In this document: positions 45,101-55,939 of the stretch, in pieces
Layout of the letters: every line of letters starts with the position of its first letter
Numbering within the stretch: position 1 is the stretch's first letter
Source: Diplonema japonicum
Taxonomy: Eukaryota > Protista > Euglenozoa: Diplonemea
Reading direction: 5' to 3'
Assembly: GCA_964019335.1 (NCBI GenBank)
Contig: OZ025650.1
Span: 310,001-374,000 of the forward strand
Length of the DNA stretch: 64,000 bases
Position numbers and translations under genes: made by a program
Notes under the pieces: generated by a model
What the model was told of the DNA's origin: nothing
What the model saw: the letters and a program-made list of their open reading frames with translations, nothing else
Databases searched by the model: none

Positions 45101-46315
45101 CATGCAGGTGTAGCCAGGGCCGCATCTCATGGTGGTGCACGCAACAGGCTTGGGCTGCACAAGGGGAACACACCTCGCCCCATTCACCTTGTCCTCAACA
45201 CAGGTAGTGGTCGCAATGCAGATCATTGAGGCACAGGTCGCAGGCTTGGGATCAATAAAGATGGTGTCCTTCTGGCAGATCGACTCAGAGACAAGGGTCT
45301 GGGCATCAGGACGGGGCTTGCATAAAAAGCCTTGGTCACACTTCCCTTTCACGTCACCGTTGTTCTCACACACCTCACCCTCCTTCAGGTACTCAGCAGA
45401 TACGATTGGAACACACCTCGCCCCCTTCACCTTGTCCTCAACACAGGTAGTGGTCGCAATGCAGATCATTGAAGCACAGGTAGGCTTGGAAGGGTCGATG
45501 ATTTGGGGCTTCTGACAAACAGACTCAGAGACAAGGGTTTGAACACCGTCACGGGGCTTGCACTCAAGGCCTTGGTCACACTTACCCTTCATGTCGCCGT
45601 TGTTTTCACACACCTCACCCTCCTTCAGGTACTTTGGTTTCTCACAAGCCATTTTCGTGCACCCCAACCTTCCGTTCATGCAAGTGCACGTGTTGCAGTC
45701 GTTCATGTATGACGAGCCTTCAGCGACGACCTTCCCATCAGAGTTGGTGCAGTCCATGGGCTTGGGCTTCTCAACGGGAACACACCTCGCCCCATTCACC
45801 TTGTCCTCAACACAGGTAGTGGTCGCAATGCAGATCATCGAGGCACAGGTCGGAACAGGAGGGTCGATGATGATTTGGGACTTCTGGCAAACAGACTCAG
45901 AGACAAGGGTTTGAACACCGTCACGGGGCCTGCACTCAAGGCCTTGGTCACACTTACCCTTCACATCACCGTTGTTTTCACACACCTCACCCTCCTTCAG
46001 GTACTGTGCGGGCTTCGTGGGAAGGATCGTAGGGAGAGGGTCCTGGCAACGGGATTCAGAGACAAGGGTCTGGACACCTTCAAGGGGCCTGCACACCATC
46101 CCCTTGGGGCACTGCCCAAGCCAATCCCCGTTGTGCTCGCAGATGTCGTTGGCTGCCAGCTGCTTGTCGGGCACGCATCGACCCATCGGCGCCGCCCCAC
46201 TGTAATCATTCACGCAAACGGTCCCCGCCGCACACCGCATCGTCATGCAAGGCTCCACAACGCCACCTTCGCACAGCGCGGCACAGCAGAGCGCCACAAG
46301 CCCAAAAGCTTTCAT
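42134..46315 (-). CDS. Cys-rich repetitive type I membrane protein (pacifastin/VWC-like and follistatin-N-like modules)
   Basis: Signal peptide; repeated YLKEGEVCENNGDVKGKC, TCASMICIATTTCVED and DCNxCTCMNGRLxCT modules; TM segment WLYALLAGVGALCMGSALALTVY; short tail. Confidence 0.85.
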   Translation of the reverse strand: MKAFGLVALCCAALCEGGVVEPCMTMRCAAGTVCVNDYSGAAPMGRCVPDKQLAANDICEHNGDWLGQCPKGMVCRPLEGVQTLVSESRCQDPLPTILPTKPAQYLKEGEVCENNGDVKGKCDQGLECRPRDGVQTLVSESVCQKSQIIIDPPVPTCASMICIATTTCVEDKVNGARCVPVEKPKPMDCTNSDGKVVAEGSSYMNDCNTCTCMNGRLGCTKMACEKPKYLKEGEVCENNGDMKGKCDQGLECKPRDGVQTLVSESVCQKPQIIDPSKPTCASMICIATTTCVEDKVKGARCVPIVSAEYLKEGEVCENNGDVKGKCDQGFLCKPRPDAQTLVSESICQKDTIFIDPKPATCASMICIATTTCVEDKVNGARCVPLVQPKPVACTTMRCGPGYTCMTDNTVDPPKDECVPMGSPPTKPAQYLKEAEVCEYNGDVKGKCDQGLECRPRDGVKTFVSESVCQNPQVIINPSKPTCASMICIATTTCVEDKMKGARCVPIGSAEYLKEGEVCENNGDVKGKCDQGLLCKSRPGAQTLVSESICQKDTIFIDPKPATCASMICIATTTCVEDKVNGARCVPLVQPKPVACTTMRCGPGYTCMTDNTVDPPKDECVPMASPPTKPTQYLKEGEVCENNGDVKGKCDQGLECRPRDGVQTLVSESVCQKPQVIIDPSKPTCASMICIATTICVEDKVKGARCVPLEKPKPMDCTNSDGKVVSEGSSYMNDCNECTCMNGRLACTEKACEKPKYLKEGEVCENNGDVKGKCDQGLLCKSRPGAQTLVSESICQKDTIFIDPKPATCASMICIATTTCVEDKVNGARCVPLEKPKPMDCTNSDGKVVAEGSSFMNDCNKCTCMNGRLGCTKMACEKPKYLKEGEVCENNGDMKGKCDQGLECKPRDGVQTLVSESVCQKPQIIIDPPVPTCASVVCIATMTCVEDKVKGARCVAVNVPSLPVERECVEGAKVLKSGETAMRDCNMCLCVDGKMRCEEQECKPLDCRWNMETVAPWTREQKTRCCGEQKVRCPSPAVVDAEKELAKVVAECKKGQRSDEECCAVGVRCLATKFDCDDKTEAPGKKEWCCENENKCEVNCMAGSLLDVKQKAGCCSMKYLWCPAEEETVVMKKQKEEEEEEEEEEKKEGKKSLRLKLKGTTSELMENPKAFLKKFRMSLLRGSEELAKNPSRLVVTAVGSLMVGYTVPEGAQREKWAFKVRASWNAELAVEEKALLEQYKTRTGKALGASAVQTASTAAAGDEGVFGEFFVDEKAAKELEESTEQAANGEGAMRDNTGGYSLVVEPVGVVEAGGKKTTTTTTTDDSSNSGSSSKTWLYALLAGVGALCMGSALALTVYSRKRSTAATADELYNALKEEEVMVHKQAADVELGTI

Positions 46316-46518
46316 AGTCTTTTTATTTCTTCCCTTTTTTTTTACGTGTAAGTAAACCTGTGTTTGTGGAATGTAACAAGTACTCGAACCCAGAATTCAC
46401 CACTTGCTCACAACACTGTGTCAGTATGTTTGCAGCACAGGTGGTACCACAATCACTTCCCTTGTTGCTTTCTTTCTTTTTTCCCGGGGCCGTAAGCGTG
46501 CTTCGAAAGCAAGTCAAC

Positions 46519-47767
46519 TCATCTTTGACAATGGAGTATACTGTTGGCAGCATGGGTGACCCCGCCACAGAGCTGTTAGTTCCCTTCTTGCTTCTCACTT
46601 TTGGGCTTAGAGCAACTATTTATGTAGGACCACACCAAGGCACACAAAAGACACATGGAAGGAAGTGAAGGTGTGCTGGTTAAATGTGGTTCTGAGCTTT
46701 GCTGTTGCGTGCGTTGAAAAGGGAGGGCGGGATCTTTTGCTTCTCCCCAACAGAGTGTGTGGAGACCCATCCCTCCCAAACCTGTCGCCACGCGTTCGGG
46801 GGTGCTGGTGGTGGCGCTTCGGAAGCAAAGTGGTCAACTCATCTTGGAACAGGGAGTATACTGTTGGCAGCATGGGTGACCCCGCCACAGAGCTGTTTGT
46901 TCCCTCGCTCTTCTTTTTGTCTTTCTTTTCCTCTCTCTCACCATTGATCAGAAGTCAGGTAGGGTTGTTCTTGGAATCGTTGCTCAACAAGTGATTGTTT
47001 GAAGATCTTCAGATTGGCTAGGGCGGTAGAATTCCAGGTTGTCATCACTTCACTTAGAGATTTCCTTGGGGGTCTCTCTCTGATGGCAAAATGGAAAAAA
47101 GGTTTTACTTACTAGGTGGCAACAAACTCAAGGTACCGGCAATGAAAAAAAAAGAAAATCAGCTAGGGGCGAAAGAATAAAGTCACATTGTCTAGTAATT
47201 CAACAGAAAGTATTTGTTAACGTTGTTTATCATCATAAAAAACGACAAGACTGAAACAGAATAGAAACAACCCTCCAATGAATCAGCTTGGAACCCGAAA
47301 TACAAAGATTATAACTCACGAAAGTATTCATGTGAAACACGGAACATTGTACTTTCTCATCATCTCGCGTGACAAAGAAAAGAAATGAAAAGAGAAAAAA
47401 ATGTCAGTCTCGACCTATTCTTTATATGCTCATCTCCCAGGGGTTTCCTGGGATGCACAGAGATTCCTAATGTATTGTACATCATCCAAATGGTGTTCCC
47501 TCTTGTGTTGCCGGTGCTGCGGGCGAAGCAGAGGAAAAAGGCTACAAAAAAGAAGCAATGAAAAGCCATCGTGTCAGCGGTGTCCTAAGGGTAATTAAGT
47601 TGCCATTTCTCGGGCATCGCACCTTGTGCTCCGACTGGGGCGGCATCATAGTGATTGTCATCATCTAAAGAAAAGGGCGAAAAAGGATATGGTCAGACGA
47701 AACCCGAAAGTTAACTTCACTGCAAATGCATCAGGTCTTGAAACACATTGGAAAGTAATGTCATCAT
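46519..47767 (-). ncRNA. snoRNA cluster 3 (HA3 x2, HA5, CD6, CD5, CD4, CD3, CD1, CD2)
   Basis: Same module families. Confidence 0.85.
47159..47236 (-). ncRNA. C/D snoRNA family CD5 (U80/snR60-like D guide)
   Basis: ATGATGA...TCTTTCGCCCCTAG|CTGA, antisense to LSU UAGGGGCGAAAGA. Copies at 53125, 57282, 58271 (variant D' guide), 62295. Confidence 0.9.
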
Positions 47768-48083
47768 TTAAATTCAAAGCGCACAAACCCGAGGTGTGCG
47801 CCAGCGGTATTTCAATCAGTCAGTTAGGAAGGGGGAAAGGTATTACTCAATAAAAAGGAGGAGGGGAAAACCTACAGTGGAAGAAAGTTGTTAGCAACAA
47901 CTCACCAAAAAAAAACAGAAAACAAAAAGTAATACTGTAAAGTGAAACATGTCGGATCGACAAATATCAAGTTAGTCCGATACTTTTTCGGCAGTAGTTA
48001 AAAGCAAAGTATCCCACAAACCAAGCTTGATGGGAAAGGTGAAGGTGGAAAACGTTGGTAAAGCGACGACCTATGAAGGAAGG

Positions 48084-49670
48084 CTAGAGGAGCGGGGTGA
48101 CCTCGTTGACAAGCTGGGAAGGGAGGACGAAGCGAAAGCCGCCCTCAGCTTCGAGTTCAGAGATGATTTTCTGAATAGAGCCATAGTGAGTGTGCCAGGC
48201 ATCGACCGCAATGAGGGAGTAGGAGGCCACAGAGGAAGTGTCCTTAGACTGAAGCTTGAGGATGTCCTTCACAGTTTGCATTGTGGCGCATCCGGGGCCA
48301 CACTGTGTGAGGCATTCATAGTCGGTTTTCAAGTCGCACAGCCAGCTCCTTGCACCGACTATTGGCTTGTTCTGTGCACCCTTCAGGATTCTCCCCGTCA
48401 TGATCGCGTAGTCGAAGTAGTTGTAAAGCATAACCGACTTAATCTGCTCTTGCTCCAAGAACGGGGCGGCTATGGGCACTGGGTCGAAGGTCGTCTCGTA
48501 CGCCTTCCCTGTGATCACATTCACAGATGATTGGTTTGTGTTCGACATGACACCTGCAGTCGCTGCCGCGAAGTCACCCGCATTGCGCATTCTGTCGGGG
48601 TACGCATACCCCACACCAGAGGGCCCACTTACAAACTCATCGTTCTGTGTCATGTTCTGGTAGATGTCCTGCAGAGTGCCTGGCGCAACGATTGACAACG
48701 CGGAAGACAGTGTCCAACCCAAAGGCACTGCACCCCTTGCAGGGTTGAGGTACCACTGCGTGGCAAGGAAGGTATGGAAATCGTACCCAAAGGAGTCACC
48801 GTCTGAGACGAGGAAGCTCACAGTGTGCACATTGTCCTTTTTCGGAGCGACCTTCCCTGTCTTCTGCCTGAAGGACGGAATTTCAAACTGCGATAGGGTC
48901 GCCAGGTTGCGGGAGTCATCTGCGCAGTGCACGTAACTATCAACTTCAGCAGCGGCAGAGACGAAGACATCCTCTCTAGGTACAGGACCACCGATCCACC
49001 CCATCACGGCAGAAAGTGGATCGAGAGTGGCGAAGGTGTCAGCCATCAGCTTCGGTTCCAGGTCGGAGACCGGGTCAGCATAGAACTGAAAGGCGTTGGC
49101 AAAGACGCCGTAGTCATAAAGATTGGTTGAACGGGACTGGATCAAAATGCGAGAAGAGAACTCATCCTTGTACTGCTCCCACACCTCGCTCTGGGTCATG
49201 TACATGTTACTGTTCACAGCAGTCATCCCATACTTCAGCACGAGGGGGACGTACTCCTGTGTGACGGCAATACCAGGCACACGGAGGCCTGCAAGCGAGA
49301 CAGCGGCGTTCCTGAGCATCATGCCCGCCTGTCCCGCCGTCTCGTTATACACGGCGTACCTAGTAGGTAGTAGCCCTGTCGCGTTTATTTTAAAGAGCAG
49401 ATCAGAAAAGTTCCCTACCACGACAGGCTTCACACCAAAGTTGTGCACCAACGCCTGCATGTTGTAGTCACCGAGTTCACCAACATAAATAAGTGGGCGC
49501 TCCCTTCCTACCGCCCCTTGCAAGGTGCTCACAGCCGTCAGCTCCGCAGTGCTGAGGTTTTCAGTTATAACATAAATCTCTTTACCAGCAGACGCGTTCA
49601 AACCCTGCCTGCACGTAGGATATGGGAGGCTCACCGCCACGGCAGACAGGACGCTCAAAGTGAGCAACAT
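48084..49670 (-). CDS. Secreted GxGYxYP-motif putative glycoside hydrolase
   Basis: Signal peptide MLLTLSVLSAVAVS at ATG 49670; TLQG, SDGD, RGAVPLGWT and GPSGVGYAYP motifs. Confidence 0.8.
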   Translation of the reverse strand: MLLTLSVLSAVAVSLPYPTCRQGLNASAGKEIYVITENLSTAELTAVSTLQGAVGRERPLIYVGELGDYNMQALVHNFGVKPVVVGNFSDLLFKINATGLLPTRYAVYNETAGQAGMMLRNAAVSLAGLRVPGIAVTQEYVPLVLKYGMTAVNSNMYMTQSEVWEQYKDEFSSRILIQSRSTNLYDYGVFANAFQFYADPVSDLEPKLMADTFATLDPLSAVMGWIGGPVPREDVFVSAAAEVDSYVHCADDSRNLATLSQFEIPSFRQKTGKVAPKKDNVHTVSFLVSDGDSFGYDFHTFLATQWYLNPARGAVPLGWTLSSALSIVAPGTLQDIYQNMTQNDEFVSGPSGVGYAYPDRMRNAGDFAAATAGVMSNTNQSSVNVITGKAYETTFDPVPIAAPFLEQEQIKSVMLYNYFDYAIMTGRILKGAQNKPIVGARSWLCDLKTDYECLTQCGPGCATMQTVKDILKLQSKDTSSVASYSLIAVDAWHTHYGSIQKIISELEAEGGFRFVLPSQLVNEVTPLL

Positions 49671-50166
49671 TTTTTTTCTTCTTCTTTCTTTTCTTGTTGG
49701 CCACCTGTCCGGTTGAGGATACGATTTCTCAAAACTAGTGATCTGTGACGAGATGAGAACGCAAGTGAACACGGAAACGAAGATGACACGTCGGTCGGGC
49801 ATACAATGCACCATTCCACGAAAACAAAGAACCGTAAAGAAAAGTACCAAAAGTGCGACATATCCCCTCCGTGTGCAACCTCTAAAAAAGATGGCAGGTG
49901 TAAGTGATGTCAGCGGTGTCCTAAGGGTAATTAAGTTTTTGCCATTTCTCGGGCATCGCACCTTGTGCTCCGACTGGGGCGGCATCATAGTGATTGTCAT
50001 CATCTAAAGAAAAGGGCGAAAAAGGATATGATCAGACGAAACCCGAAAGTTAACTTCACTGCAAATGCATCAGGTCTTGAAACACATTGGAAAGTAATGT
50101 CATCATTTTTATTTTTAGCGTGGTTCTATGCATTTAAAAAAATCAAACATTGACGACACGCCAACA

Positions 50167-50231
50167 GAGTCTAGCCATGAAGTTGCCCTTGCAGTACGAG
50201 AAGGACGTGTTGCAAGTTTGATCGTCATGGC
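50167..50231 (-). ncRNA. Single-hairpin AGA-box H/ACA-like RNA family HA4
   Basis: GCCATGA-CGATCAAA-CTTGCA...TGCAAG-GGCAAC-TTCATGGC-T-AGA-CTC. The pocket fits LSU GUUGCUUUUUGAUC. Second copy at 56595-56660. Confidence 0.8.
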
Positions 50232-50453
50232 GGCATATAAAGGCAAAGTACAAGGGCAAATCCTACTTGAGGATGAAAATAAAATATAACGGACAGGCAA
50301 CAATGGAAATGTACGAAACAAACGGAACGGGGCAACTAGAGCCACAGTTCTTGCCCGAGTCATTGACCTGCAGTGGCGATGTCGAAGACTGCGCCCAGAG
50401 GCTGGTTACCAAGGGCGGGTAAGAAACAATAACTTCTGCGTCTTCCTGGTTGC

Positions 50454-50543
50454 TCAGAAGTTGTGAAAGCTTTATCAAGAGTGTTGTATTCAGCCGGAGG
50501 CCTCGTGGCCCCGTCGTATAGTACCGATCCTGTTTCTCATCAT
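50454..50543 (-). ncRNA. C/D snoRNA family CD8
   Basis: ATGATGA-GAAACAGGATCGGTACTATACGACGG...CTTTCACAACTT|CTGA. Copies at 56821, 61393. Confidence 0.75.
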
Positions 50544-51000
50544 CGCAGGGTGGCTGGGGGGGAGAGGGAAAGAAAACTGGATCCATTTCCGGGGGACGAG
50601 GAAAAACTATGAACAACAGCAACTAACAAGAGTCAGCCTCCTCGACCTATTCTTTGGGTGCTCATCTCTCAGGGGTTTCCCGGGATGCACAGAGATTCAT
50701 TGTGTAATAACAAAAATCATCATTTGTTTGCTTTCCTGCAGTTCGGGTAGTTTCTTCTTCTTTTCCCACTTTAAAAAACAATTTATGTAGGACCACACCA
50801 AGGCACACAAAAGACACATGGAAGGAAGTGAAGGTGTGCTGGTTAAATGTGGTTCTGAGCTTTGCTGTTGCGTGCGTTGAAAAGGGAGGGCGGGATCTTT
50901 TGCTTCTCCCCAACAAAGTGTGTGGAGACCCATCCCTCCCAAACCTGTCGCCACGCGTTCGGGGGTGCTGGTGGTGGTGGTGGTGGTGGCGCTTCGGAAG

Positions 51001-51200
51001 NNNNNNNNNNNNNNNNNNNNNNNNNNNNNNNNNNNNNNNNNNNNNNNNNNNNNNNNNNNNNNNNNNNNNNNNNNNNNNNNNNNNNNNNNNNNNNNNNNNN
51101 NNNNNNNNNNNNNNNNNNNNNNNNNNNNNNNNNNNNNNNNNNNNNNNNNNNNNNNNNNNNNNNNNNNNNNNNNNNNNNNNNNNNNNNNNNNNNNNNNNNN
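51001..51200. other. Assembly gap (200 N)
   Basis: Run of n characters. Confidence 1.
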
Positions 51201-52354
51201 GAAACAACCCTCCAATGAATCAGCTTGGAACCCGAAATACAAGTTTATAACTCACGAAAGTATTCATGTGAAACACGGAACATTGTACTTTCTCATCATT
51301 TCGCGTGACAAAGAAAAGAGAAATGAATAGAAAGAAGAAAAAAATGTCAGTCCTCGACCTATTCTTTATATGCTCATCTCCCAGGGGTTTCCTGGGATGC
51401 ACAGAGATTCCTAATGTATTGTACATCATCCAATGGTTCTCATAAGGGATGGGCGGAAGAATGTGATGTCAGCGGTGTCCTAAGGGTAATTAAGTTTTGC
51501 CATTTCTCGGGCATCGCACCTTGTGCTCCGACTGGGGCGGCATCATAGTGATTGTCATCATCTATCTTTTGAAGCTAAAACTACAAAACTGCTTTTTTTT
51601 GCTTTTTTTTTTTTTGAAACTGTCAAAGGTATTTGAACTGTGTTAGTTCTTGCCCGAGTCATTTACCTGCAGTGGCGATGTCGAAGACTGCGCCCAGAGG
51701 CTGATTACCAAGGGCTGGCTTCTCTTAACAATGGGTTGGGAACGTGAACTAACTGGATGCATTGCATCATGCCAAGCACTCTTGGACAGGAAATGATGAG
51801 CTTGAGGTAGGTAGCGAGGCGCAGTCACAGCTCGAGGCACTGTCCTGTGTTCATCTGAGATCTGTCTTTTCTCCCTCTTCTTCACCCACAAGAGCTCAGT
51901 GGTCAGGACAAATTGCAGTTACTGTCGTCAGGAACGAGTGTTTCCGACTGAGAGATCAGGTATTTATAACTTACAGGTTGTCATCACTGCTTTAAAACAA
52001 TTCTCTTTTTCAGATATGGGTCAAGTGATGGGAACAGTTCAGAAAATGTAATCGGTGCTTCTTTCTTGTTTTGACTTTTTTTTAAAAATGTATGTACTGC
52101 AATGCATGTCAATAATAATAACTTGGGACAAAAGGTAAGATGGAAGAGAAGAAAAAGAAGATAGAACGGTTCAAAATACCCACACCCACAGGTGATGAGC
52201 TCAAAATAAAATAGGAGGGAAGGGAAAGGATCTTTAAGCTAAAGTTCAAACTTTCCTGAAAAAGGCCAACAGGTGGCGTAAAAAGGGAGGAAAAAAGGGA
52301 CTCCCTTTTTTTTCTTTTTAAATCTAACAGCTAACTGGGCTATGTAGCTAGGGT

Positions 52355-52813
52355 TCAAGCTTTCTTGGAAAAGGCCCAAGTCAAGCCGGACCAGACATGG
52401 CGCAGTCCGAAAGGAAGCTTCGAAGAAAATGTCGGTGTTGTTGCTTCCTCCTCCACAGTCTCCTCCACAGGCGTAATTGCTTGCTCCTTCACAGTCTCCT
52501 CCTCCACAGGCGTAATTGCTTGCCCTTTCACCACAGTCTCCACCACGGGCGTAATTGCTTGCTCCTCCACCATAGTCTGCTCGACCACAGTCGGTGCTGG
52601 AGCTTGTTCCTCCACCACAGGCGTTATTGTCTCCACCATCGCCGGTGTTGTTGCTTCCTCCTCCAACATGGTCGGCGTTACTGTGTTCTCTTCCACCATA
52701 GTCTCCTCCACCACAGTCGGTGCTGGAGCTTGTTCCTCCACCACAGGCGTTATTGTTTGTTCCTCCATAGTCCCATCTACCACGGTCAGTGTTGTTGCTT
52801 GATCCTCCGACAT
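52355..52813 (-). CDS. Orphan family protein B: acidic TPVVEE repeats fused directly to the shared C-terminus
   Basis: 152-aa ORF of T/P/V/E repeats ending SKLPFGLRHVWSGLTWAFSKKA. Confidence 0.6.
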   Translation of the reverse strand: MSEDQATTLTVVDGTMEEQTITPVVEEQAPAPTVVEETMVEENTVTPTMLEEEATTPAMVETITPVVEEQAPAPTVVEQTMVEEQAITPVVETVVKGQAITPVEEETVKEQAITPVEETVEEEATTPTFSSKLPFGLRHVWSGLTWAFSKKA

Positions 52814-52935
52814 AGTTGGTGTTGTTGCTTGCGGTGTAGAAACCTATGGGTGGGTGGGTGGGTAGTGACAAGGGGGAAAACGAGAACAAAATGTCTCACA
52901 CTTCCTGTTGCATTCGGCAAACAGCTCACCATTGA

Positions 52936-53083
52936 TCAGAAGTCAGGTAGGGTGTTCTTGGAATCGTTGCTCAACAAGTGATTGTTTGAAGATCTTCAGA
53001 TTGGCTAGGGCGGTAGAATTCCAGGTTGTCATCACTTCAATTGGAGGTTTTCTCTTTGTGGCAAAATGAAAAAAAAAATTAAA

Positions 53084-53125
<42 letters not shown>

Positions 53126-54022
53126 CAGCTAGGGGCGAAAGAATAAAGTCACATTGTCTAGTAATTCAACAGAAAGTATTTGTTAACGTTGTTTATCATC
53201 ATAAAAAACGACAAGACTGAAACAGAACAGAAACAACCCTCCAATGAATCAGCTTGGAACCCGAAATACAAGTTTATAACTCACGAAAGTATTCATGTGA
53301 AACACGGAACATTGTACTTTCTCATCATTTCGCGTGACAAAGAAAAGAGAAATGAATAGAAAGAAGAAAAAAATGTCAGTCCTCGACCTATTCTTTATAT
53401 GCTCATCTCCCAGGGGTTTCCTGGGATGCACAGAGATTCCTAATGTATTGTACATCATCCAATGGTTCTCATAAGGGATGGGCGGAAGAATGTGATGTCA
53501 GCGGTGTCCTAAGGGTAATTAAGTTTTGCCATTTCTCGGGCATCGCACCTTGTGCTCCGACTGGGGCGGCATCATAGTGATTGTCATCATCAAAGAAAAA
53601 GGGCGAAAAAGGATATGGTCAGACGAAACCCGAAAGTTAACTTCACTGCAAATGCATCAGGTCTTGAAACACATTGGAAAGTAATGTCATCATTTAAAGG
53701 GGGCTGGGCAAACACGAAACACAATTTTCCTTCTCGTGTGGTGGCTTCCCTTTAAAATTTGCGGAAAAGGAAGATATCTTCGGTAGAGAAAAAAGATTGT
53801 CAGTCTCGACCTATTCTTTATATGCTCATCTCCCAGGGGTTTCCTGGGATGCACAGAGATTCCTAATGTATTGTACATCATCCAATGGTTCATGGGTGCG
53901 GGAAAAGAAAAAAAGGAAGAATGTGATGTCAGCGGTGTCCTAAGGGTAATTAAGTTTTTGCCATTTCTCGGGCATCGCACCTTGTGCTCCGACTGGGGCG
54001 GCATCATAGTGATTGTCATCAT
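52936..54022 (-). ncRNA. snoRNA cluster 5 (CD6, CD5, CD4, CD3 x2, CD1 x2, CD2)
   Basis: Same module families; 53498-54022 is near-identical to 40809-41331. Confidence 0.85.
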
Positions 54023-54559
54023 CGAGATTCCCACGTGCAAGTGTCACATTCTTATTGTCCCCCAGCACCAACTATGTTGTATGTGTGAAAGTAGGATAAT
54101 AAATATTGAAAAGAGAGAGAAGAAAAGAGAGAGAAGAAAAGAGAGAGAACAGTGTCCACAGGCTGAAAGCAGGCAGCAAGCGAGGACTCAGCTTGTGGCG
54201 AGCCCGTCAAACCCACTGCATGCTGTGCTGTTCTTTAAAAGAAAACAATTTATATGAATTTTTAAAAAAAATATAAGGAGGGGGAAGGACAAGAAAAAAG
54301 GAAGCTGTGGAAGCGGGAAACAAGCTGAAACAAGGAAGCAGAAAGGGCAGCAGCCGTATGGCGAAGAAAGTTCTTGCGCCGGCGCTTTGCTTCCTATGTT
54401 CTGATTCATCTTTTCTCCCCGCTTTTTTTTTTTTTTTTTTTTTTCTTTTTTTGGTAAGTCATTTTAAAAAATAAGGATAGGGAAAGAACAAAAAAAAAGA
54501 AATAAAAAAAAGAAAATACATCGAGCTAGAACGGTCAAAAAAGTTTCGTTTTTTTTTTT

Positions 54560-55810
54560 TCAAACAAGGTGCTCCGCAAAGTCAAGGGGAAGCTCTTGGA
54601 TAGGAGCCTTGTAGTGGTCGCGGATTGTGCGGAAGGTAGGGGTGGCTTGGGGGGAGACGAAGTTGATGGCGACGCCCTTCCTCCCGTACCTCCCACAGCG
54701 ACCGATCCTGTGGAGGTAGGGCTCGGGGCGGGAGGGGAGGTCGTAGTTGACGACGATGCTGACCTGTTGGACGTCGATCCCCCTGGTGAGGAGGTCCGTC
54801 GAGATGAGGACGCGCGCGGAGCCGGTGCGGAAGGCCTTCAGAGCCAGCTCCCGCCCCTCCCGCCCCAGCTCCGCGTGGATGCACGACACCGTGAAGTCCT
54901 GCTCGTTCATCTTTCGAGCCACCTCCTCCACCCGGTTCCGGCTCCTGCAGAAGATGATGCTCTGTGCGATGGCCACAGAGCTGTACAGGTCCATCAGCGT
55001 CTCCAGCTTGTAGTTTTCCTCCACCGCCACGTAGAACTGTGCGATCCCGTCCAAGGCGAGCCCCGACGGACCCCTCGCCACCAGGACCTCCGTCGGAGAC
55101 CGCAGGAACTGCCGCCCCAACGCCACCACCTCCGAAGGGAGCGTCGCCGAGAACAGCCCCACCTGCACCTCCCGAGGGACGAAGGCGAAGACCTCCCGAA
55201 CCTGCTCCTCGAACCCTTGCGACAGCATCTCGTCCGCCTCGTCCAAGATCAGCACCTTCACCTGCGTCCCGACCAGCGCCCTCCGCCGGAACAAGTCCAA
55301 GACCCTCCCGGGCGTCCCCACAGCGATCAACGGAGTCCCCGCCTTCAGACCCTCCATGTCCGCAGCCACCCGCGTCCCCCCAACGAACACCCCGACAAAC
55401 TCCCCCCCTGCAAGGTACCGTCCAAGAGCAGCCACCACATCCGCAGTCTGCTGCGCCAGCTCCCGAGTCGGCTCCAAAACCAACCCCTGCAGAGACCCCT
55501 CCCCGAAGTCCATCCGCCCCAGCACCCCGATCCCGAACGCCGCAGTCTTCCCCGTCCCAGACTGCGCCTGCGCCAACACGTCCCCGCCCCTCAACACCGG
55601 CACCACCGCCCGCTTCTGGATCGGAGAAGGCCTCTCGAACCCGTTCCCATAGATCCCCCGCAACAGGTTCGCAGACACCGGCATCTCGTCAAACTCTTCC
55701 CACACGGTCCTCTCCTCCTCCCCTTCCTCCCTCCCTCCAATCTTCACCGTGAACTCCTCTCCCTTCCTGCAGCTCTGTTGTTCGCAGGTGTTGTCGGTGT
55801 TCGTGACTGG

Positions 55811-55813
<3 letters not shown>
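54560..55813 (-). CDS. eIF4A: eIF4A-like DEAD-box RNA helicase (divergent)
   Basis: GFERPSPIQ, AQSGTGKT, PTRELA, GG, TPGRV, DEAD, SAT, TRGIDVQQV and HRIGRCGRYGRKG motifs. Confidence 0.88.
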
Positions 55814-55847
<34 letters not shown>

Positions 55848-55939
55848 ATTTTCTTTTCGTGTGTGTGTTTCTGTCTGTGGAAATGAATGTTTTGGCCTCT
55901 TTCGTTGTGTTGCTTGGTAAGACTGTGTTCACCAATGAA

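Larger units (their letters stand above)
49910..51987 (-). ncRNA. snoRNA cluster 4 (CD1 x2, CD2, HA4, HA1 x2, CD8, CD3 x2, HA5, CD4, HA2, CD7); contains assembly gap
   Basis: Same module families; N-run 51001-51200. Confidence 0.85.
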
